64,000 nucleotides of DNA from Octopus sinensis (taxonomy: Eukaryota), in NCBI RefSeq assembly GCF_006345805.1, contig NC_043016.1:17112001-17176000 (forward strand), given 5' to 3'. Under the pieces are notes generated by a model, which did no database searches, was not told the DNA's origin, and saw only the letters and a list, made by a program, of their open reading frames with translations. Below are positions 26,951-36,670 of this stretch, piece by piece. The stretch's first letter is position 1. Every line of letters starts with the position of its first letter. Both the position numbers and the translations under genes were made by a program.

Positions 26951-28315
26951 AATTGTCTTCGTTCCAGCACACGATCTCAGATCAAATCACTTGCTATGCA
27001 AGTACATCTCCGTATATTCATAGTATTTAATGTAATATTGTAATATAAATAAATTATTTGATTGTCAGTAGAATATCCATATTTAATTTGTGTGTGTGGG
27101 GGGGTAAGAATTTATGCGTCGTGGGTCATCTCGATCAGAGCAAGCCTTGGGCTACACATTGCAACGATAACACAACTAGCACAACCAGTTACAGCAGCAG
27201 CAGCACCATTTACCGGAAACTGCGGCGGCGGCGGCGAAGACGACTACAACAGAAGTGACAAGAACACCCCTGTCCGTCGTGTTGCAGTCGAAGCCGCAAC
27301 ATCGCCACCCTTAACACGGTCAACTCCATTAACTGCAAGAGGGGTGACAACGGCATGACCACTATCACCAACGACTGCAAATCCACCGCTAATACTGTGA
27401 GCAACGACGAAAGATAACCTTAACACGATCACTCAACCTGCTAGAAATAGTAGCCAAACCTCCATAATATCATACACTCTCATTTTAATGTAATTCTGCA
27501 TTATCGATCAAGAGATGTAGTGGTCATGGTTGGAATGCTTCTGAATGTCAACAATAGTAGCAATAGAAGTAGAAGTAACTGTAGCTGATGTGCCCCGATC
27601 AGCGCAAGCATTGACGTTAACAGCATCACCAACTGAAGCTGAACAGTTTTATGAGTCTCTAAAAAGCTCGTTTGGGACTCGCAGTGGAATAATATCATTT
27701 CGAGCCACTTTGCTTTAAAGACAGCGCAAAGTGCGTACGGCAGCAGAGAGCAGAACACAGAAGCGCTGCCAAGAAATAACATAGACAAGAACAATAAAAT
27801 TAATTGCAACGTTACTACCAATCAATGTATCAGGATCAGATAATAACACCAAACCTACAAATCATAAACAATCAACAAAACTGGGAGAGAATTGTTAAAT
27901 ATTGCAAGTACATCTCCTACAACCATCTTGAAGTTGTACATTTCCTAAACAACCATAACGATACTCACATCAATAATTATAAAAACATCTACACATAAAT
28001 TTCTCTTCTTTCGATTACCACCATATCATAAAAAAAGACGAATTCGTGGAATGGAAAATTAGAAAGTCCAGGATAAGATGGTTAAAATTTTTTACCATGA
28101 ACCTTAATCGCAGAGAACATCTACACACCGACCCAAACTACTAAAATTATCAGCTAGACCCGTCCTCACTACTTTTAGACGTAATGAGAACCCAACATCT
28201 GTTTGTAAGATGAGTATTTTGAGAAACATTCTGCTTGGCTCAGAACTGGAGACTGTGGTGTCTACCATTGCAGATGATTGTGATGATCTTAAAAATACTA
28301 AAAATGAAAATTTAC

Positions 28316-28381
28316 CTTGGTACTTGGGACACAGGTTGTTGCTTCAGCGAGCTTGAATTCTTCTTCTGCTGGTTTCAGTCG
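28316..28381 (-). CDS. Candidate 66-nt phase-0 coding exon RLKPAEEEFKLAEATTCVPSTK, product unknown
   Basis: Acceptor GGTTTTGCATTTAG, donor AAG|GTAAAT; only one frame is open. Confidence 0.35.
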
Positions 28382-28699
28382 CTAAATGCAAAACCACTTC
28401 CAAACACTTAGCCACATATGAAACAATCCAGCGCCCAGCTACAGCATCTTAAAAACTTTATCCATCAATTAGATCTCGGGCAAACATAAGGAACATATGC
28501 ATACAGAAATAGCAGCAATAACAATGGCATCACTGGCTCCAAACACTTAACTCCATCACAAATAAATGCAGACAAGCAATAGTCGTTGTATTCTGATGAA
28601 GTCTATATTGTACACTCCTCCGTTGTGGTTAATACCAGAATCTACAAGTGTACAGAGGGAAACTAGTTAAGAGTAGCAACACCGCAACAGACAAAGCAA

Positions 28700-30140
28700 A
28701 TGAAATGAAATAAGAAAATTGAACCAAAGCTAGATGTACAAATACTTAGGAATCAATGAACTAGATACGATGCAACACACACAAATGAAAGAGAAGATAA
28801 GAAAAGAATACTATAGACGAGTTAGATTGATACTAAAAACAGAGCTTAATGCGAAAAATAAATAATAGCTATCAACACTCTAGCTGTCACAGTTATAAGT
28901 TACAGCTACAATATCCTTAACTGGACACTAGACAGGAATATCAAAATAGACACGGAAACAAGAAAAATAATGACAGGATTTAAGATGCACCACCCAAAAT
29001 CTGACATAGAAAGGTTATAAATACAACGTATGGAAGGTGGTAGAGGCCTTATGCAGCTAGAAAACTATTACAAAATAACCACCATAAAACTAAAAAAAAA
29101 AATACCTACTTCAGAAGCAAGGAAAACTAATACAAATAAATAGCCACAAAACACGAATTAAGCAAAAAACTATTGTCAGTCTTTAAGGAAGCTGACAAAT
29201 ACAAAAAACAGAAGTCATAGTACCTAACAACTATGAAGAAAAAGAACAACAAAAGTTGTAAAACAACTGAAATCCAAACTAAGACTGGAACAGCAACGGA
29301 CCATGATAAAACGATGGCAAGAAAAGCCCCTTCATGGTAAATACTGGACTAAACTAAATGCAAAAGAAATAGACAAAGTAAAATCCCAACAATGGCTGAG
29401 AAGCTCAGGACTCAAAGCAGAGACTGAAGGATTTTTAATTGCTGCACAAGATCAAAGCCTCCCCACCAGAAATTACCAAAACATATAATGAAAAAAAAAC
29501 ATAACAAGTAACTGCAGAATATGTGGAGATGGACAAGAAACAATAAATCATATTATCTCTGGCTGCCCACTCCTGGCTAAGAAGGAATATATTCACAGAC
29601 ACGACAGAGTTGGGACCTACATACACTGGAAGCCATGCCAACATTATGGAATAACAACAGAAAAAAGATGGTATAGGAACACGCCAGAAAAAGTCAGAGA
29701 GAAAGCAACAATACTGTGGAATATGCCAAATACACACAGAGAAATTAAGGCCAAAAAGCCGGATATAGTTGTCAGAGACCATCAAGAAAAAAATGCTTTC
29801 TGACTGGAGAAACTATCAAAATACAAAGGACTGGAAATAGAGGTAACTCGAATGTGGAGTCTAAAAACAGAAACAATTCCTACCATAGTAGGCGCATTAG
29901 GCATGATAAAAATATTTATTCAAATACATAACAAAAACACCAGGACTTACAAATACATATAACATACAGAAAATTGCACTACTAGGTACTGCACACATCC
30001 TACGCAGAACACTTTCCATACAGTAACCATCAGAGCATCACAACAAATCACAGCACATACCCAAGGCACACAGAGCTGCGCTCGGTAGTGAAGTGAAAGC
30101 ACGCTATAAAAATAAAACTACTGAATAATAATAATAATAG
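28700..30140 (+). mobile_element. R4/Dong-like LINE, 5'-truncated, (AAT)n tail
   Basis: YKYLGINE, LKTELNAKN, HHPKSDIE, GGRGLMQLE, WQEKPLHGKYW, WLRSSGLKAETEGFLIAAQDQSLPTRNY, ETINHIISGCP, HRHDRVG, KPDIVVRD; ends CTACTGAATAATAATAATAATAG. Confidence 0.9.
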
Positions 30141-30408
30141 TGATGGTGAAAATGATGATGAGGATGAGGATTTCTTGAGTAAATAAATAAATAAATCGGG
30201 GGTTAAGGAGGTGTTGTTGCTGCAGCTGCTGCCGATGCTGCTACTACTACAACTATTACTACTACAATTGCTGCTGCTGTTGTTTTTGTATTTCTACAAC
30301 TCCAACCCCCTTTTATAGTTTGTGTCAACACTTCTCTCCTTTGCTTCTGTTCCCTGATCAAAGACTGATAGAATCTCTTCTATGAAGTCATTAATTCCTG
30401 GTTATGCT

Positions 30409-33117
30409 AGTTAGTTAGTTAGTTAGTTAGTTAATTTGGCTCAAAAGCAAATAGCAAGGCCATGTAGGGGGACATGGAGTTAAGTACAGGGTGGTGTTCA
30501 TGTAAAGAGTTCAGGCCACTTGAGGTCCAGGGAGGCATTGAACAAAGCGGTCGTCGGCATCTTCACCATCTCGTCTGGCAGCTTGTTCCACGGATCCGCA
30601 ACCCGGACGGAGAAAGCTCCTCTCCTTCGATTGAGATGAAATCGTTGCAGGTAGAGCTTTTCGGAATGACCCCGCAGCCGACGCTCCGGAGCAGGAGTGA
30701 AGAACAGCTCTTTCGAGAGGTTACACTTCCCGCTTATGATGTTGTGGGCGAGAATGAGATCACCACGGCGGCGGCGTTTTTCAAGAGAATAAAGGTCGAG
30801 CGTCCTCAGCCTTTCTTCGTAGGACAAATTTTTGAGACCATGAACCATGCGGGTAGCCAGCCTCTGGACTCTTTCGAGGTGCTGTATGTCTTTAAGGAGA
30901 TAAGGAGAAGAGGCTTGAATCCCATACTCCAATATGGGTCTCACCAGCGTGACATAGAGTGGCAGGAATATGGCTGCTGTGAGCATTCGAATGACCGTCG
31001 AATCAAAAACAGAATTCCGCGCGCTTTGTTGGCAGCATGGACGCACTGGGCCGAAGGCGAAAAGGAGGAATCCACCAAGATACCCAGGTCCTTTACCTGA
31101 TCGGTCCTCTCCAGCAGCAGACGACCCGGCTCGAAATCAAGTTGAGTTGCAGGAGTAGAGCCGATAGGCAGATGACAGCACTTTGACACGTTCAGACACA
31201 GGTCCCAATCGTTAGACCACTTCCAAATTTGGTGGAGGCATCGACGAAGATCCTCTATACTACCGCGAGGAGCGACCAGTTTGATATCGTCGGCAAATAG
31301 AAGGGTGTGTTGCGTGAGGTCGTCGGGCAAGTCATTTATGAAGACTAAGAACAACAAGGGCCCAAGCACTGAACCTTGAGGCACGCCACTGCTCGCACTG
31401 GAGACGTCGGACCGCGAACCATTAACTTGAACTTGGAAGGAGCGATCTGAGAGGAAGGCACCAACCCATCGTACAATATCCGGATGGAAACTATATGCTT
31501 GAAGCTTGACAAGTAGTAGGCGGTGGTTTACCGAGTCAAAAGCTTTGGCAAAGTCCAATAAAACGATGTCAACAGCATCACTATCATCGAGGATGCGCGT
31601 CACCAATTCTTCCATTACTAGTAAGTTGGTCAAGCATGATCTCTTCGGCACGAAGCCGTGTTGGGAATCAGTGATCGAGGCTGTGTTTAGGAGGTGGAGC
31701 ATCATACTTTTCTTAAGGATGGTTTCGAACATCTTGCTGATTATTGATGTAAGGGAAACCGGTCGGTAGTTAAGCGGGTCTTCGCGGCTCCCTTTCTTGA
31801 AAATTGGGCAGATTATCGCTGTTCTCCAGTCTGCAGGTATAACACCCGTCGCCAATGACATATTGAATAGTCGTGTTAAGGGCTCGCAGATGACCGGAGC
31901 CAACGCTTTGATAACCCGTGGGTGTATGCCGTCAGGGCCGTGACCCTTGTTGACATCGAGGCCTTGAATAACACGTTTGACTTCGTCCCGCGTGATGATC
32001 AATCGAAGCATTGGAGGTACCGATCTATCAAATGGAGGGGGTTCACGACCATCATCTTGTTTGAAAATAGTTGAAAAAGCCTCGGCAAATAATTGACTCT
32101 GTTGATAAGGGTCCTCAATCGATACGCCTGTTGAGTCTACCAACGTTGCAATCTGGTTGTTCAAGCGGGAATTCCGCTGGACATGGGCAAAGAAGGTTTT
32201 TGGATTGCTACTGGCATTTGCCGCGATTTTGTATTCATAACTGAAGCGTTCTTTCTTTTCAATTTTCACGGCTCGGTCTCGTTGAGTTTTGTACACCTCA
32301 AAAGCTGCAGTCGAATCCAGATTTTTGAATTCAGCCCAAGCAATATCTCTGAGTCGACGTTCTCGTTTAACCTTCTTCGTCACCCAGGGCTTGTGTTTCT
32401 TCCTCTTGGGAAGCCCAACGGGAACTGCCTGGTCAGTCAAACAGATTACATATGCTTTGAGGGATGACCATAGTTCGTCAACTGAGGACAACGTCATCAG
32501 GGAACGCCAGTCCAGAAGCGCGGAAGCCTCGGTTAGAATTTCAAGATTAATTGCAGAGAAGACTCTACGTGGCAGCGAAGTAATCGTGGGCGTGGAAAAA
32601 GTTGTGTGCATGACGAACTTCAGGACCGCATGATCACTCTTGGCAAGAGGGGCGCACACAGATACGTCTGACACTGATCTTGGATAGCGGGAGAATACCA
32701 GATCTAGCATAGATGGCTGCTGCCCAGACCGATGCCTTGTCGGATATTCAACATGTTGCGATAGAAAACAATCTTCAGCCACGTCAAGAAGGGCCTGGCC
32801 GAACCGGGAAGATGTTGTACAAATTGATGCGGGCCAATCGATCGTGGGAGCGTTGAAGTCGCCTAGTACCAAGCAGTCATGCGAAGCTGAAACGAATCTT
32901 ATCGCTTCGAGTAGATGAGCATCGTCCTGGGGGTCGGCTAGAGGCGGCCTGTAGACAGCCAACACGGGCAGGCAAAACTCAGATAGGCTCAGCTTGCAAT
33001 AGACGGCATCGAATTTGGTTGTAGGTTGAGCATTTGTGGGTAGAATACCGCAGGACGGTTTGTGCTCAGACTTAACATACACAGCAACACCTCCACCTCG
33101 CCTTTTTCCTCTGTCAC
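30409..33117 (-). mobile_element. CR1-clade LINE, 5'-truncated inside the endonuclease domain, (TAAC)n tail
   Basis: APE endonuclease (RRGGGVAVYVK, VLGDFN, LDLVF, SDHAVL) and RT (QHGFVPKRSCLTNLL, DFAKAFDSV, GVPQGSVLGPLLF, FADDIK); C-terminus LERVQRLATRMV..LEKRRRRGDLI..WNKLP. Confidence 0.95.
30498..33117 (-). pseudogene. CR1 ORF2 (endonuclease-reverse transcriptase), one frameshift near 30990
   Basis: The 742-aa and 182-aa ORFs overlap; ...IRRSF joins MLTAAIFLPLYVTLVRPILEYG if one base is restored. No other disablement seen. Confidence 0.9.
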
Positions 33118-33210
33118 TCTGAATTTCGGAAAGGCTCTTAACTTGTAGTTCTATAACTCCTAACTTCAAGCTAACAATGTGTCGTCGTCTACTACTACTA
33201 CTACTACTAT

Positions 33211-33267
<57 letters not shown>

Positions 33268-33758
33268 CACTACATGAATGTATGCGTGTGGCTATGCGTG
33301 TCTGTATGTCCCTTCTTTATCTCTGTTTCTGTCTGTCTGAGACGCACTTGCCTGGCTAAACTATACAATACCAAAATCGTGTCCACTAAGAGAAAGAAGA
33401 AAGCCAAATTTATTGACCACCTATAAAAGCGCCAGTGGGGACCACTAAAATGACTGACCAATAGAAATGAAAAAGGGAAATATATATATACCTAAAAGTT
33501 TAATTCTCATCTCGAACTAGTTGCGGTGAAACTGCGTCACTGACCAGGTTGCAGTTAGTATGAGGAAAAATGTTGACACCAAATAACGTATGAGAGAAGT
33601 TAACAATTTTTGTGCATTTTCGAATGTTTTTTCCTGCTATAACTGATTTGGTTTAAAACCCATGGTCTCAGATGAAACCACTTGCCAGGCAAGTGCGTCT
33701 CAGACAGACGGAAACAGAGATAAAGAAATGGCATACAGACACGCATACATTCATGTAC

Positions 33759-33821
<63 letters not shown>

Positions 33822-33890
33822 ACGACACATTGTTAGCTTGAGTTAGGAGTTATAGAACTACAAGTTAAGAGCCTTTCCGAAATTCAGAGT
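33116..33890. repeat. Inverted repeat: about 240/205-bp arms each containing a (CTA)n tract, about 330-bp spacer
   Basis: ACTCTGAATTTCGGAAAGGCTCTTAACTTGTAG...GAGACGCACTTGCCTGGC and its reverse complement at about 33685-33890. Confidence 0.92.
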
Positions 33891-34516
33891 TTTCTATTTC
33901 TAGTTAATAATAGTTACTATAATCTATTCTTTAATAGTTACTATAATCTATAGTCATATGGCACTTGTAATGCACTCAATCAAACTGTTTTGTATTAAGC
34001 TCTAGTAATAGTTACTTTCTTCAATATCAAGCATGATTTTCTCATTATTCCAACCCCACTTTTATGTCTATCTTTATCAAAATATATTTTATTTCTATAC
34101 ATTTTATTTCTATATATTATTACATATGATTACGGTTGTTCCATCCATCTTTCCATTGGCATCTCTTTGGTTTCGTTGCTCGGGTCATAAATTTTGTTTA
34201 AGTATTTCTTACTCAAGTTTTCCTTTACACTTGTTGGGGTGTGTTTTACTTGTTACATTGTATTTTCTTTCATGGATCAAATGTTTTTATGAGACTTGTA
34301 CCCCACTTTCTCTCTCCACTTTGACACACTATGATAACCCATAGCAATTTTGGGTGTTGTCATCAATTTTTTTATTACTCTCGCGTAGGCATTCTGTGAA
34401 ATTCTGCTTCAACTTCTAAATTTGAGGGCATAATTTTTAACACTTGTTGATTTATCAGTCGCTATAATTGTATTAGTTTTAATACAAGTTACGTTTTTGG
34501 GGTAACTTAAGATCGA

Positions 34517-34686
34517 TTATTTGTCCTTATCTTGTTCGTTGTGAACACAATGTTTCGGCTGAAATACCCTCCAGCTTTCTTCAGGTTTCTTGGGGAAATT
34601 TCGAACCTAAGGTATTTTTCGATGTTGTTGTTCTTGTTATTATTATTATTGTTATTATTATTAATAATAATAATAATAATATTAAT

Positions 34687-34723
<37 letters not shown>

Positions 34724-34985
34724 TTGTTGTTTTTGTTTTTGTTGTTTTTGTTGTTTTTGTTTTTGTTGTTTTTGTTGTTTTTGTTTTTGTTGTTGCTGTT
34801 CGAGTCACTGCTTGGAATCGCACTCGGAATCTTGGGATTAGTAGCCCGCGCTCTTAACCACTACGCCATATGCCCGTGGGTATATCCAGAAGGCTGGAGG
34901 GTATATCAGCCGAAACGCTGTGTTAACAACAAATAAGATGAGGACAAATATCCGTCAATTGTAAATAATGTAAATAATGTAAATA
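34517..34985 (-). mobile_element. Composite non-autonomous retroelement: tRNA-derived head, (AAC/AAT)n linker and Penelope-like tail with hammerhead-like core; inverted partial tail copy at the 5' side
   Basis: Head 34875-34803 (TGGCGTAGTGG, GAGTGCGATTCC); tail CCTGAAGAAAGCTGGAGGGTATTTCAGCCGAAACATTGTGTT; inverted copy 34889-34985. Confidence 0.7.
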
Positions 34986-35120
34986 GATACCATAATTAGG
35001 TTCACCATATTTCTTTCCAGATTCCTGTTGGGTATACTAACTATTTTGAATTATTCTGAATTCAGTATCATACAACTGCTTGCTACAAATCAGTCGTTAT
35101 TTCTGGAGTTTGTCTCTTAC

Positions 35121-35271
35121 CCATTGTTATAATAATACTCCAAGATTTTGGTATTTCATACGGAAATTTGACCTGACGGTTAGCGCTGAGTTGAATAGTT
35201 ATTTCAAATTTTACTACCGTTCTATCAACTTCACTCATGTCATTATATGCCGCCGCTTTTCCCCGCTTTCT
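35121..35271 (-). CDS. Candidate 151-nt coding exon (RKRGKAAAYNDMSEVDRTVV...SWSIIITM), product unknown
   Basis: Acceptor TTTCATGTATATCTACAG, donor ATGG|GTAAGA, single open frame. Its 3' end overlaps an old repeat also seen at about 36860-36975, which weakens the call. Confidence 0.3.
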
Positions 35272-35649
35272 CTGTAGATATACATGAAAGAGATGCATTT
35301 TTAAAGTGAACCACTACCAAATTTTTATAAGAACAACGAATAAGAAGGTTAACCGACTAAGGGATTTCCACTCATATCGTCTTTTAAACTTAATCTTCCA
35401 AATTTCCGTTTTTTATCGTATTGCTAAACTCGAATAGCCAACATGCAACCCAACTTTATACTGTTTCTAATTTTCACACATTTTAGAGGCAAAATTTTGG
35501 AGGGCTGTTCGTTTTGTTTCGTTTTACTTTTCGTTTTTTTTTTTACTTAGATGTTTCTCTGACTGAGATAGTCCACAATAATTATCAACGTGTTAATATT
35601 TGCTTTCGCTAGGTATTCTCTAACACTAGTTTTGACTTTTCTGGAAATG

Positions 35650-36305
35650 TATCTCTTCCGCAACAGGTATCTAAAATTCCAAACATACCAAGCCTAATTT
35701 CTCAAGACTGGTATTTAGGCAGTATGTTATATATCCCAGAGCTCCAATAATTACAGGTATAAACCTGAACTTGTAATCTGGATAAAGTGACTGCAGATTT
35801 CTAAATAGTTCAGTGTAGGTTTTCTCTTTTTCACTGATCTTCAGCATTATGTTAACATCCACTGAGCAGTTAACTTCTGCAACTGTGCACAGTTTCTCTT
35901 CTCTATCCCAGATCATTATATCAGGTCTGTTGTGCTTATGTTTTATAGAAATTTTCACTGGGACATTCCACCACTATTCCTTTTCATTATGAGTGGCTAT
36001 GGCTTCTACCATATTGTGAGTTCTTATTTCTTTCTCTTCGGGTTTATCCTTCCGACAGATTTCATTATAGAGTGTTCTAACTATAACATCATGCCTCATC
36101 GACAGATAATACCATGATGACATTTTCAGACAACTGCTCATGATGTGGGTGATATCTTCGGTGTTATCTCCGCAAAGTCTGCATCGGTTGTCACATTTTA
36201 CTGTTTCTCCTGCATCTCTGTCCCTTTTGTACATCAGGTATTTGGTTGTTATTTCCTATTCCTGGATTGCAGTGGGAGGTAGTAATCCGGTTGTTGCTAT
36301 ATGAT
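35650..36305 (-). mobile_element. RLE-type LINE fragment (R4/NeSL-like C-terminus)
   Basis: CRLCGDNTEDITHIMSSC, RHDVI, HNRPDIMIWD, FIPVIIGALG. Confidence 0.8.
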
Positions 36306-36315
36306 AGACTACTTT

Positions 36316-36326
36316 GTATGTATGTG

Positions 36327-36358
<32 letters not shown>

Positions 36359-36670
36359 TGTATGTATGTATGTATGTATGTATGTATGTATGTATGTATG
36401 TATGTATGTATGTGTATGTATGCATATGTATGTATATATGTATGTGTTCTTTATGTTTGTATCGACTTTGTGCCCCACCGCCGCTTGATAACCGGTGTTT
36501 GTTTATGCCCCGTAACTTAGTGGTTCAGCAAACGAGAACAACAGAATAAGTACCAGCCTTCTTTAAGAAAAAACATAAATACTGCAGTCGATTTGTTGAA
36601 CTGAACACTTCAAGGTTGTGCCCCAGTAGGCCGCAGTCCAATAACTGAAACAAGTAAATAAATATAAAAG
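36316..36670 (+). mobile_element. (TATG)n plus 3' half of a SINE-A variant
   Basis: CCGCTTGATAACCGGTG...GAATAAGTACC...GGCCGCAGTCCAATAACTGAAACAAGTAAA. Confidence 0.8.

Noticed and set aside
27060-28300. Natural-looking short ORFs with poly-Ala/Gly
   Set aside because: Every frame is interrupted by stops, there are no consistent splice sites, and an old SINE-tail fragment lies at about 27410-27480. It may be UTR but is not supportable as CDS.
33118-33169. N-terminus MKLGVIELQVKSLSEIQ of the 742-aa ORF
   Set aside because: It derives from the adjacent inverted-repeat arm, not from CR1. The LINE is 5'-truncated, so this is not an intact autonomous gene.
20506-34936. Poly-Leu/Val/Phe membrane- or signal-peptide-like ORFs (20506, 33177, 33600, 34532)
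   Set aside because: They are encoded by (TTG)n, (TTC)n, (CTA)n and (TTA)n repeats.
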